Positions 30,041 to 43,821 of a stretch of 64,000 nucleotides of DNA are shown here, one piece after another. The position numbers were made by a program, and so were the translations under genes. This stretch comes from Eledone cirrhosa (Eukaryota), in assembly GCA_964016885.1 (NCBI GenBank), contig OZ024746.1, forward strand, positions 71,300,001 through 71,364,000. The letters are read 5' to 3'. Numbering within the stretch: position 1 is the stretch's first letter; the number at the start of each line of letters is the position of its first letter. The notes under the pieces are model-generated. The model was not told the origin of the DNA, searched no databases, and saw nothing but the letters and a program-made list of their open reading frames with translations.

Positions 30041-30134
30041 TATATAGATAATTGAGCAGTATCTAGTAAAAACCTAACATTCTGTTAAAGGGAACAAAAA
30101 AAAAAAAATGGAAGAAAGAAAAAGAAAAGATTTC

Positions 30135-30439
30135 ACGGGCAAAATTAACCGGCAAGAGACCCAGGGGTAGACCCGAGCAAGATGGTTGGATAACATCCAT
30201 GAGCTTAGCTGGTCACGCTTGGGGATCCAACCGGATCAGTTGGAGACGGTTGCTTCTGAAAGGACTCGCTGGAAGGAGTGTTTAAGGGACTCTTCCCCCA
30301 CGACCCTCTCAGGAATATGTGGGTGAAGAAGAAGAAGAAGAAGAAGAAGAAGAAGAAGAAGAAGAAGAAGAAGAAGAAGAAGAAGAATATGTGGGTGAAG
30401 AAGAAGAAGAAGAAGAAGAAGAAGAAGAAGAAGAAGAAG

Positions 30440-30468
<29 letters not shown>
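30135..30468 (+). mobile_element. RTE-clade LINE 3' end with (GAA)n tail
   Basis: GKRPRGRP..RWLDNIHELSWSRLGIQPDQLETVASERTRWKECL across a frameshift. Tail aatatgtgggt(gaa)n is duplicated. Confidence 0.72.
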
Positions 30469-30470
<2 letters not shown>

Positions 30471-30798
30471 TGTGACTGACAGGTAGTACGGAAAGGCTTA
30501 TTTTCCTTGGTCCGATCTGAAGATCGTCAACATTATATATTCTAGTTGCTCTAAATTACGTCATAACTCGTGTGTGTTACTCATCTACGGGTTTTTGATG
30601 ATATTGTTGATGTTGTTGATGATATTGTTGATGTTGATGATGTTGTTGATGTTGTTAAAGCGTGTTTAAACATCGTAAAAAAGATAAGAAGTTGATAAAA
30701 CAGAACATGATCCCACACTAACACACCGAATCACAAGAGACGTAGAAGATAGAAACGTGTGTATATATATACATTCACATATACACATGCGCACACAA

Positions 30799-30859
<61 letters not shown>

Positions 30860-30879
30860 CACATATATATATATATATG

Positions 30880-31337
30880 TAAAAGTTCTATTTAAATTGT
30901 TGGGATACAACAAGCAAATATTTTTATAACTGATATAAAGCACTCAACAAATAATTGGAGTAAAAATACGATATTAACAAATGGAAACTATATTTATAAA
31001 ACCATATTTATTTCATTATACATATTTCAAGGACACCATGTTAAATTATGGTGTGCTTTCATCAGATAAAATATAATATAGAGCAGTTTTATAAATAAAT
31101 ATTGACATACCTTTAAAGAATGCAACCATTACTGTTGGAAGCTCCAACAGTAATGGTTGAGCTTCCAACAGTAATGGTTGCATTCTTTAAGGGTATGTCA
31201 ATATTTATTTATAAAACTGTTCTATATTATATTTTATCTGATGAAAGCACACCATAATTTAACTTGGTGTCCTTGAAATATGTATAATGAAATAAATATG
31301 GTTTTATAAATATAGTTTCCATTTGTTAATATCGTAT

Positions 31338-31338
<1 letters not shown>
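30880..31338. mobile_element. HHR foldback family C copy 1 (hairpin 30965-31338 plus unpaired tail 30880-30964)
   Basis: ~180-bp arms. tattttat-CTGATGA(31238-44)-helix II aagcacacca/tggtgtcctt-GAAA(31275-78)-TATGTA-TA-atgaaata. Flanked by TA-rich microsatellite. Confidence 0.85.
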
Positions 31339-31369
<31 letters not shown>

Positions 31370-31629
31370 TATATATATATATATACATATATATGTATAT
31401 ATATATGTATATATATATATGTATATATATATATGTGTGTGTGTGTTTTGTGTGTGTGTGTGTGTGTGTGTATGTGTGTATGTATGTATAAAAGAAATAT
31501 ATGGAGACCGCAACATATGTATTCAGCCACAGTAACAATTTGTTTACAGTTAGTTGTTATCATGATTTAGATGGATCTCTGTTTTCGTTGTAATGTCATG
31601 TATAATGTATTATATCTAGTTATCTCTCT

Positions 31630-31710
<81 letters not shown>

Positions 31711-31715
<5 letters not shown>

Positions 31716-32025
31716 TATGTACACGTACATACATATATGCATACAGACGTACAGTAGTATGTATATATATACATACATGCACACATATATATATGTACGT
31801 ATGGATTCACCGAACATTTATTATAATGCTCGGTGTGTTGAACAAACGAGCAACGATGGTTGCTAGACACTACGGCTTAATACGGGATGTTTGTTTACAA
31901 ACACACCGAGCATTATAATAAATGTTCGGTGAATCCATACGTACATATATATATGTGTGCATGTATGTATATATATATACATACTACTGTACGTCTGTAT
32001 GCATATATGTAAGTACGTGTACATA

Positions 32026-32030
<5 letters not shown>
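31711..32030. repeat. Inverted repeat (~128-bp arms, ~50-bp spacer) between (TA)n tracts
   Basis: taagtatgtacacgtac...cgaacatttattataatgctcggtgtgtt / aacacaccgagcattataataaatgttcgg...gtacgtgtacatactta. Confidence 0.88.
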
Positions 32031-32067
<37 letters not shown>

Positions 32068-32192
32068 AGTACAGCATATTCGAAGTTCGAGCAGCAGCCA
32101 AGCCAACGAATGCCTGTTACTTATATTTAAGTAATAGCCGTACTAAGAGTGGGAAATGAAATTTCGTTTCATTTTTTTCCGTTTATATATAT

Positions 32193-32640
32193 ATATACGA
32201 TATTAAACAAATGTAAACTATATTTATAAAACCATATTTATTTCATTATACATATTTCAGGGATACCATATTAAAAATATGGCATGCCTTCGTCAGATAA
32301 AATACAATATATAAACAGTTTTATAAATAATTTTGACGTACCATAATATAAGCGACCATTAAATTAGGAGGCTGCCTCCTAATTTAATGGTCGCTTATAT
32401 TATGGTACGTCAAAATTATTTATAAAACTGTTTATATATATTGTATTTTATCTGACGAAGGCATGCCATATTTTTAATATGGTATCCCTGAAATATGTAT
32501 AATGAAATAAATATGGTTTTATAAATAAAGTTTCCATTTGTTTAATATCGTATATCTACTCCAAAAACTTGTCGACTGCTTTATATCAGTTATAAAATAT
32601 TTACTTGTTGTAACCCAACAATTTTAAATAAAACTTTTGC
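32193..32640. mobile_element. HHR foldback family C copy 2 (hairpin centred at 32373; tail 32556-32640), opposite orientation to copy 1
   Basis: tattttat-CTGACGA(32452-58)-aggcatgccata/tatggtatccct-GAAA(32490-93)-TATGTA-TA-atgaaata. Confidence 0.85.
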
Positions 32641-32853
32641 ATATATATATATATATATGTATATAGTCAAAGATTCATACACCAAAGAAGGTCCAGTTTA
32701 AAAGTGCCTCTTCCAAAATACAGCTGTGGCTATAACTGAACCCCCAAACCAGTGGTCACATATACATGTCAGGTGTGTGAAACTTCGTTTATACTAAATA
32801 AACTCTTGTAACGGATTTACCACTATTTACCGTGATCTTTCATCTACGGATTT

Positions 32854-32893
<40 letters not shown>

Positions 32894-33039
32894 TTATGTG
32901 TGGAAGCACGTGTGTTTAGAAAACAGCTTAAGTTTAAAATTGAATTAGATCTCGCCGAAACTTTGACTTGATAAATATGTATGTATATATATAAATATGT
33001 ATATATATAAATATGTATATATATAAATATGTATGTATA

Positions 33040-33305
33040 TATATGTACGTATATATATGTATGTATATATGAAAATTGAATTAGATTTTGGCGTAACTTT
33101 GACTTGATAAAATATTATAAAAAATATTGCGGCGTATAAGCCCTCGAAATGAAAAAAAAAGATAGGCATCAGAGTCTGCCTATCTTATTACGTTCAGTGG
33201 GCTTATACGCCGCATTATTGTTAGAATATTTTATCAAGTCAAAGTTACGCCAAAATCTAATTCAATTTTCATATATACATACATATATATACGTACATAT
33301 ATATA
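33040..33305. repeat. Imperfect foldback/MITE-like element with inner hairpin agataggca/tgcctatct
   Basis: gaaaattgaattagattttggcgtaactttgacttgataaaatatt is mirrored at ~33225-33270. Partial direct copy at 32936-32978. Confidence 0.8.
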
Positions 33306-33425
33306 CATACATACATACGTACGTACATATATACATACATATATATATAAATGTATATATATTATATATATTATGGAATACTGTTGGCTTTTTGCTCACA
33401 ATAATTTCTATACTTTTCAGTTATA

Positions 33426-33507
<82 letters not shown>

Positions 33508-33661
33508 CCAATAAAAACCTGTTTGTCCATTACTGGCTAGAGCTCATCCGTCGGGCCCCGACTCGATATAATATAGTCTCATTCTACTACCCCAAGTATA
33601 CAAAGGTCTAACTAATCTTGGTTTAAATTAATACTGGTTTAACCTTGATATATATATATAT

Positions 33662-33869
33662 ATAGGAACGAGTAGGACCCCGACGGCTGAGCTCAAGCCG
33701 TTTCGACGGCTAATTCTGGACTAAACTTTTTAGTCCAGAATTAGCCGACGAAATGGCTTGAGCTCAGCCGTCGGGGTCCTACTCGTTCCTATTACCCACT
33801 CTACTACCCTAAGTATTGAGTACTTTGGTGCGTTAAGGTCCACCTGGTTCCTTACCACATTTCCTTCGT

Positions 33870-33873
<4 letters not shown>
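33662..33873 (+). mobile_element. Foldback family D (hairpin 33662-33792 plus tail) in (TA)n, containing a hammerhead 3' half
   Basis: GAAA-(t/c)ggct tgagctc agccg-TC-ggggtcct. Other copies at 33535-33600 (degenerate), 42951-43036 (-, tail), 52891-53073 and 58498-58556. Confidence 0.75.
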
Positions 33874-33936
<63 letters not shown>

Positions 33937-34245
33937 AGAGAGGGAGAAAGAGAAAGAAAAGAAAGAGAAGGAAAGAGAGTAAGAAAGAGGGAGTCAGAAT
34001 GGTTTTTCAGAAGTGGAATTGAAAAAGTCCACAGTCAAATTAGGTACATAATATATTAAGTAGAGTGGATACATGATTTAATTCGTGCAGAAATATCATT
34101 TCTACCGGAATAAAACTGTTTCATTCGTTTGAAATCATAATATATCTTTTCTACTTAATGTACTGGGTAATTTACTTAACTGTGGTTTCTTTTCGGAAAC
34201 CCTTACCCCCCCCCCCCCCACACCACACACACACACACACACACT

Positions 34246-34354
<109 letters not shown>

Positions 34355-34634
34355 TGAGATAGACAGTCAGACACACAGACACAGACACATACATGTATAT
34401 AAATATACACACACACAGACATATATATATATATATATATAGCATAACAAACGGAAGTGTAAAAGTTATCACGTGATGTGGCCTCTGCCTGAAAGTTGTC
34501 TTAGTTGTCGACATTGTTTACACAACTAAATGTCACAAGATTACAGTGAATTAGGATGTTATTGGTCGGATAACTTACAGAGGGTGTGTGTATACACACA
34601 CACACACGCACAAATATATATATATGTGTGTGTA

Positions 34635-34685
<51 letters not shown>

Positions 34686-34898
34686 ATGTATGTATATATG
34701 TATATATATATATATATACATATTTACATACAAACATATATATATATATATATATATATATAGATATATATGTGTGTATGTATGTATATATGTATATATA
34801 TATATATACATATTTACATACAAACATATATATATATATCATATATATATATATGTACGTGTATGTATGTATATATGTATATATATATATATATATAT

Positions 34899-35200
34899 GT
34901 CAGGTCACCAGTTGGTGCTACTGGTAACATGTATCCCAGTACAACCTGTCCTATGGTGGGGTCGTTGGCGACTAAACTGGCAACCCCACCAAGGTTTCTT
35001 GGTGAGGAGAGTGACTTTGGACATCCTGCAGGACTAAAAACAAAACCTGTCAAAGGCCAAAGGAGCTCTTAAGAGTCAATGGCCATCCAAAATCACCGGG
35101 AGAGATGACCCCTTAGCCTTTGTCAAGGCAGAATTCTAGGAGAAGGGAAGCTCTGATATAACACCTGCAACTCTGATGGTATCCAATGATGTTGACTTGT
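34899..35200 (+). mobile_element. Possible 5' UTR fragment of an RTE-type LINE
   Basis: GC-richer island after (TA)n with ctaggagaagggaagctctgatataacacc, recalled as resembling RTE 5' UTR motifs. No ORF support. Confidence 0.3.
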
Positions 35201-35506
35201 TCTTCTTTTTGGTAAATATCATCTTGGTTAAGAGAGTGGGACTGGCTTTGTGCAGTGCCTTTGCTCACTATAAAAGCTTCACGACACAGGCATTGCTTTA
35301 TATCTGGAGATCTCTCTGCACTTGTCGTCACATGGTACCATGGGCCCAGCACTATATGTCAATAATTGTCACAAGTGTAGTGTTTGTACCAGAGTTTTCA
35401 AGTCGCTGGCCGGACTAAGAAGTCACACTTGTTCAGCGCATCGGTAAGGGTTCTCCTACATGGATATAAAGTAGTGGCCGTACTCGAAGACCAGTTGGCA
35501 GCCACC

Positions 35507-35574
<68 letters not shown>

Positions 35575-35600
35575 ATATATGTATATACATGCATATACAT

Positions 35601-35762
35601 GTAAAGTTATATTTAAAATTGTTGGGTTACAACTAGTAAATATTTATAACTGATATAAAAGCACTCGACAAATATTTGGAGTATATTTACAATATTAAAT
35701 AAATGGAAAACTATATTTATAAAACCATATTTATTTCATTATATATATTTCGGGGATATCCA

Positions 35763-35764
<2 letters not shown>
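35601..35764 (-). mobile_element. Truncated family C copy 3 (tail plus 3' half of the HHR, no hairpin)
   Basis: Homologous to 30880-31048; ends inside helix II. TA-flanked. Confidence 0.75.
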
Positions 35765-35801
<37 letters not shown>

Positions 35802-35815
35802 TTGATAAGATTGCT

Positions 35816-35851
<36 letters not shown>

Positions 35852-36332
35852 AAGAGATAACTAGATAAATAGTCAGATAGACATATATTGTGTGTGTGTG
35901 TGTACAGAGAGAAAGAGAGGGTGAGAGGAAGAAGAGGTATTAGGGTTTGTGTATGAGTAAGGGGAACGGGAGGAGTGTAGAAAATAGTGGGTGATTCTAA
36001 GACTGTGAAGCGACATAAGAGAATAGAATAGTTGTGACACGAGGAGGAAACAGAAGCCAGATTCGACCGTGTGATCTCATGGTTCAAAAGTCAGCTCATT
36101 TGAAAATCACTGGAAATAGAAATAAGCCTTACTGTTGTGTGGCTGACCTGGGACTGGTGGTTGTTATTATCATATGTATTCATCGCTACAGATATACTGC
36201 ATACACGAGTCTTCTAGTACTTCGACGAACAGAACTTCCTGCTCATGAAGTTAATGGAGGCATAATTACACTTTCAAGAACATACCTCACATTCATTCAC
36301 CTTCGCTGAATATAGCCTTGGTCAGGAAGCGC

Positions 36333-36520
36333 TGATTGGCAGTATCGTTAGAGGGTTGGACGCCATGTTTTGTAGCTAAGAGTTACGGTTCTTTACGGTC
36401 TGAGTTCAAATCCAGCCGGGGTTAACTTTGTCTTTCATCCTTTCGGGGTCGATCAAATAATGTACCAGTAATGCACTGGTATAATTGCTGGCCTTGTGCC
36501 AAAAGTAGAAACTGTTATTA
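36333..36520 (+). mobile_element. SINE family A copy
   Basis: Head, B-box, core and tail present. Confidence 0.8.
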
Positions 36521-37055
36521 GAGAGTGTCCAACGTTCATTGGATGTTTCGACCTTCAGCCATAACACCTCGCTAGTGGGTCAGCGGTGTTGGCCACATTA
36601 CTGCCAAATATTCGCCTCCTGGTTTCCAGCTTGTCTCCTCACTCCTGCTCCAAAGGCAACACAAATGACTGATCATTTGAAAAACTTATGTACCCACAAT
36701 ATAATCCACAAAATGTTACTTCAGCTCTTACTCAATCCAACCCCACTTCTCTCTAACTACCATATTTCCCGGCGCCTAAGACGTTTCATCCTCGACGACA
36801 CACCCTAATTTTGATAACCAAAAGTTTGAAAAAAAATAAAACAAAAAAAAAACAAAAAAAAAAAAAACAACCTTCGGCCTCCAGGACGCATAGTAGATTT
36901 TTTAGACTTATTTTAGGAAAGAAGTAGCGTCTTCGACACCTGGAAATACAGTGACTAAGATTTTGCTACGTTTTTTAGTTTGTCGTAAGCCGGTCTGACA
37001 TCTGACTCACTTTCTCTCTCTTCCCCTCTCTCACTCTTTCTGTATATATATATAT

Positions 37056-37123
<68 letters not shown>

Positions 37124-37424
37124 TGAGATTGAGAGAAAGAGAGAGGAAGAGAGAGAGAGAGAGCAAAAAATCATACACCTTTCATATTTAATTATTACTG
37201 TTCCTCCTTATTCCAGGTATAAGTGCAATTCATTAAAATTCTTTTTTGGTATATATATATATGTATATATATATATAATGTAGGGTGTAAGTTTTATTGT
37301 AGCACAATACCTTTTCCAACCCCCACCCCTACACACTTTTTCCCAATCTCATACATCAATCTTAAATGTTGATTTAAAACTTCACTATTCACAAGTGTTT
37401 TTTAAGCTTCATATCATGTATCCC

Positions 37425-37495
37425 TATTTTATCTGATGAGAATGCAGATATCATCCCATGATGATATTTGTTTTTGAAATGCGCATAATAAAATA
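37425..37495 (+). ncRNA. Type I hammerhead ribozyme with palindromic helix III
   Basis: tattttat-CTGATGA(37433-39)-gaat gcagatatcatc ccat gatgatatttgt tttt-GAAA(37476-79)-TGCGCA-TA-ataaaata. 8-bp helix I, 12-bp helix II core, ATGCGCAT palindrome. Confidence 0.8.
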
Positions 37496-37561
37496 CTTGG
37501 AACTCTTTTAACCATCTTTTGATCTTATATTATATATATATATATATAAACCTGATGATGA

Positions 37562-37615
<54 letters not shown>

Positions 37616-37709
37616 AGGCATATTAACTCGTTGTTGGCTATATAACATTCTTATATTCATGCACAAACATACAAACATGAACATAGACATACATACATAT
37701 CTTTTAAAA

Positions 37710-37777
<68 letters not shown>

Positions 37778-37910
37778 ACTCTCTCTCTCTCGCTTTCACT
37801 CTCTATGTATATGCATGTATATATAAATACACACTCATACGCAGATATGATCGCTACCCTAGGTTTCAAAACATGCCCCTGTATTTTTATTGAAACCATT
37901 GACATTACAC

Positions 37911-37996
<86 letters not shown>

Positions 37997-38319
37997 ATAT
38001 ATGGGTGTATATGTGTGTATATTTGTGTGAAACAGTGTGTGTGTGTGTGTGTCTGTGTGTACGAATGTATACACAGACGTTCTAATTCCTTCCACCGTGT
38101 GTTTACACGTATTTATATAAACAAAGTAAAATAGAGAGAAAGGTAGAAAATAGAAAAGAAATGGTTGAAAAAATAAAAAAAGAATTAAAGCAAGACATTA
38201 GGTGTTGTCTCCTAGCGTTTAATATCATCAGTAGCTAGTGGCCATGTGTGTATGGGTATATATATATTATATATCTATATATCTATATATATCTATATAT
38301 CTATATATATATATATATC

Positions 38320-38351
<32 letters not shown>

Positions 38352-38640
38352 GTTGTAAGTGAATTTTGGGTTGTTTGGTTCTATAATATTAGTGTAGGTA
38401 GTGGTGCTGGAGTTAAACGTTGGTGCTGATTGTGCTGATGGTGGTAGTGGTGGCGGCGGCGGTGGTGGTGGTGGTGGTGGTGGTGGTGGTGGTGGTGTAG
38501 TGGTGGTGGTGGTGGTGGTGGTGTAGTGGTTGTGTAAGTGATGTTAGTGTTGGTGTGACTGATACTTCTTGTGTTGGTGTCGATGGTGTTGCTGTTGGGG
38601 GTTTGGAAAGAACAATAGATCGTCTCTATTACAAAATGCT

Positions 38641-38851
<211 letters not shown>

Positions 38852-38903
38852 CATATAAATATACATACATATACATATATATATATATAATGTATACATA
38901 CAT

Positions 38904-38934
<31 letters not shown>

Positions 38935-39055
38935 GAAATATGTGCATATATATATATATATATTATATATGTGTATGTGTGTGTATGAGTGTGCGCGTTT
39001 GTATACATTCTCTGCCTCCCTCTCACCCCCCTCTCTGTATATATCTCTGTGTATA

Positions 39056-39134
<79 letters not shown>

Positions 39135-39356
39135 GTATATATACACACTGTTCGTAGTGGTGGTCGGTCTATACAGATGTGGTGTTCTAGCGGTATTAAG
39201 TGGATAAATGCCATGAAACAGTCTAAGAGGATTTACAGAACAGTTTACATAAAATAGAAATCAGACAACTAGGCTAATGTATATGATGTATATATGTGGT
39301 TTATATTACACACACACAGACACACACACACACACACACATATGTATATATATACA

Positions 39357-39465
<109 letters not shown>

Positions 39466-39490
39466 CTGTGCGTGTGATTTGTAGCACACA

Positions 39491-39560
<70 letters not shown>

Positions 39561-39920
39561 CATATATATATATACACCTTGCGTACGGCTGATTGTGTGT
39601 ATGCGTGTATTATAATGCAACAGCTAGATCTACAGCTACAATAACAACAACAACAGCAATAAGTAGAAAAAAAAAACAAAAACAAAACAAAAACAATAAC
39701 ATGAACAAAACAAAACAAACAAACAATAGACATGTTTATAGACAAACCGGATATATTTCTATTCCAGCTTCCGGTTAAATCGGCTTTATAACTTTCAACA
39801 CACAGTTAGATAGAGGCATTAACAGAAGACAAACTCTTTCTCACAGACGCGTACATACATAACAGAAATTTAAAGACTCATACATATAATTACACAATCG
39901 CACATAGATAACCATAAACG

Positions 39921-39972
<52 letters not shown>

Positions 39973-40101
39973 CACATACACATATATGTATATATATACG
40001 CATACTCACAAAGAAATACACATATAATCACGTTATACCACTACATATACAAACTATAACATGCAAATACGCAAAAACCTAGACAGAACACATGTATGTA
40101 T

Positions 40102-40184
<83 letters not shown>

Positions 40185-41119
40185 CATTATATGCGTTATA
40201 TATACATTATACACTAACAGACACATACACATATACTTGTATAACAATGTATAAACCTAGATGTGTTGATTTATGCGGAGCAGTCTGTTTGTTGTGCGAT
40301 GTGTTGTTATCTTGTTATTAATTTGATGATTGAAAGGTCTTGGATTTGAAGGATCGGTAGAGCGCCGGCAAATAAATAGCTTGCGGTATTTATTTCGTCC
40401 CTTTTTCGATGTATAATTTTGTGTAGATTTTATAGTATAATAAAAATATTCAATCTCTTACAGAAGGTGGTAGCTCTTCCCTGAAAACTAGGGAAATCTA
40501 ATATAAATAAATATAAATATATGCATGTGTGTTTGTGTGTGTATGTGTGTATGTGTGTATGTATGTATGTGTGTGTTCGTGTCTTATTTCAATAACGGAC
40601 GTACCGTTCTCCATAAATAGAGAGGCATGCTTTAAGAGAAGTTAAGTGGTGTCTCACGCCCAGTGGTCTAACAGCACACAGGTCAATAAGTTTTCGTGCA
40701 ATATAACTGGATGGGGTGAAGCTTGGGATTGTGGAATTGGCAGCCTTGGAAGAAATCCAGACTAGGTGCAACTAAGACCGTTAACCATAAACCTTCACTG
40801 CATGTGAGTTTCTCTGTATAAGCAAATGCTAAAGGATTCAACCCCGAAAGGAAACTGAGTCAGGTGAAAACTCGTAACCCTACTCATCGTAAAGAGACCA
40901 TAAAGACACAATGAATGGTTCAATATGTCGGAGGCCCCCAACCCTCAAACAAGCAGGTTGGTTATATTTATTTGAACCATGTCAGACATAAGCCTGTACA
41001 CTATCCTAGACAACAAACTGTACCGGTCAAGGATGAGCAAGATCACGCATGTCCTTTCAACTGTACCCCCATGCTGGAGCATAACCAGATACGCAATGGA
41101 GTCGTAGTCGTTTCAGATA

Positions 41120-41822
41120 ATAATTGTTTCTACTTTTGGCACAAGGCCAGCAATTACCCAGTGCATTACTGGTACTTTATTTTATCGACCCCGTAAGGAT
41201 GAAAGACAAAGTTAACCTCGGCGGGATTTGACTTTGCCTTTCATCATTACGGGGTCGATAAAATAAAGTACCAGTAATACACTGGGTAATTGCTGGCCTT
41301 GTGCCTAAAGTAGAAACAATTATTATCTGGGTGGATTGGCAGTATTGGTAGAGGGTAGGATGTCGCGCTTTCCAGAATAGTTATGTCCCTTTACGGCCTG
41401 AGTTCAAATCCCGCCCAGATGATAATTGTTTCTACTTTAGGCACAAGGCCAGCAATTACCCAGTACATTACTGGTACTTTATTTTATCGACCCCCGTAAG
41501 GATGAAAGGCAAAGTTAACCTCGACGGGATTTGAACTCAGAATGGCAAGGGCCGTAACTCTATGCGTCAAAGCATCGTGTCCGACCCTCTGCCGATACTG
41601 CCAATTCACCATGGTTATTAATATTATATAGATTATTAATTGTTTCTACTTTTGGCACAAGGTCAGCAATTACCCAGTGCATTACTGGTACTTTATTTTA
41701 TCGACCTCGTAAGGATGAAAGGCAAAGTCAACCTCGGCGGGATTTGAACTCGGATCGTAAAGGGACGTAACTATGCGGGAAAGCATGGCGCCCGACCCTC
41801 TACCGATACTGCCAATCCACCG
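41120..41822. mobile_element. Cluster of SINE family A copies in mixed orientation, including a head-less inverted fusion at 41120-41325
   Basis: Minus-strand core 41120-41230 joins a plus-strand core 41228-41325. Plus head 41329-41418; full minus copies 41420-41612 and 41636-41822. Confidence 0.85.
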
Positions 41823-42068
41823 CCATATATAGATTATTAATATTATATAGAAACAAAGTAATTTCACGGCTGTAGTTTTATAACGTCAGTTTTCTACATA
41901 CTAGGGATTGGTGTGGGTTGGTAGTTGCTTTGACGGGTGATGGGGGATACTGTTGAAAGGACATGCTTGATCTAGCTCATCCTTGACCGGTACAGTTTGG
42001 TGTCTAGGATCGTGTGAACAGGTATATGGCTTATTTCGGACATGGTTCAGAGTTGGATTCGATTTTCT

Positions 42069-42141
<73 letters not shown>

Positions 42142-42145
<4 letters not shown>

Positions 42146-42170
42146 CGAACAACCGAAATCTTGTTCATGA

Positions 42171-42210
<40 letters not shown>

Positions 42211-42239
42211 TCATGAGCAAGATTTCGGTTGTTCGAACA
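42142..42239. repeat. Short foldback (~35-bp arms) with a (TA)n centre
   Basis: tgttcgaacaaccgaaatcttgttcatgaaataa (ta)n ttatttcatgagcaagatttcggttgttcgaaca. Confidence 0.8.
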
Positions 42240-42344
42240 ACTGAAATACGCACACAGACACACATACTTACACATACATACACATACATATACACACACA
42301 CACACGCACATACACACAGGTACATATATACAAACACACATGTT

Positions 42345-42409
<65 letters not shown>

Positions 42410-42857
42410 GTAGAGAGGGAGGGAGAGAGAGAGAGAAAGAGAGGGAGGGAGAGAGAGAGAGGGAGATAGAGAGAGATAGAGAGATAGAGATAGAGAGAGA
42501 TAGAGATAGAGAGAGATAGAGAGAGAAAGAGAGAGATACCGTGGTGTTAAGTAAGTAAAAGATATAATATAATATTCCCATCCTTCTCGACAGTTTTATA
42601 ACGACACCAACACCATAGATATTATTTAAATGTATATAAACTTCCAGAGAGCAATATTTAAAAAAAAACCCTGTTCTTGCTGTGTTCGTATATTTGTATA
42701 AACATCATTATAAACTCTTGTTTATGTATGCATGCATATTTATACACATATATGAATGCATATACAAACTACCACTCTTCCACTATATATATATATAAAT
42801 TCAGATACACCCACACACACACATACATATATATATAAATTAAATTATGTGTAAATA

Positions 42858-42894
<37 letters not shown>

Positions 42895-43048
42895 TTATAT
42901 TTATATATACTTATAAATATATATATATATTGAGAGGGAGAGGGAGAGAGTGTGGTAAGATAGCAGGTGGACCATAACGCACCAGGGTACTCAATACTTA
43001 GGGGTGTAGAGTGTGTAATAGGAAAAGAGTCGGATCTATCTATGTATG

Positions 43049-43080
<32 letters not shown>

Positions 43081-43082
<2 letters not shown>

Positions 43083-43821
43083 CAATATGTTGAAAAGGTA
43101 ACACACCAGAGAGAGATATACAGTGTGTTATCAATAAAACAGGGAAAAAACCACCAGTGTATGGAATCTATAACCTATGAAAGGCAGACTATAGACACGA
43201 TAATTAAAAATATAAATTAAAGCGTAAATAAATACCTTTATAACTATATATCACACGTACAAATCCAAAGATCCAAATCCAAAGATATGTTTCACCAATA
43301 ATTTGTTGAAAGAAATGGGTTAGCCTCGGTTCATCAGCGTGTGTAAGGCTATACATTTCAGACAACACTAAGAGAATTTTAAAATTGACTGCACAGCTAC
43401 ACGGGGGAGAGAGAAGTCACAGCGTGTTTAAGGGCAGTGAACCAGTGGCTTCTGAGGGACGAACTGCTAGAAAGGGCAGCCCAAAGCCACTCAGAGAAGT
43501 GTGCTCAACCAAACAGAGATAGGAAAGACTGTTATTAGGAGCGAAATATCACGATAAATTAACGGAGGCATAGGCCCTCGCTATTCCCTGTAAATAATGT
43601 GCTCAAAAGAGAAGACATCCTGAGCTCTTTAAAATACAATATGTTGAAAAGGTAACACACCAGAGAGAGATATACAGTGCGTTTTATTGATAACGCACTG
43701 TATATCTCTCTCTGGTGTGTTACCTTTTCAACATATTGTATTTTAAAGAGCTCAGGATTTCTTCTCCTTTGAGCACACTATTTACAGGGAATAACGAGGG
43801 CCTATGCCTCCGTTAATTTAT

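Noticed and set aside
32725-32795. CTGAacc...GAAActtcgTT hammerhead-like spacing
   Set aside because: The core lacks G8/A9 and helices I and II do not pair convincingly.
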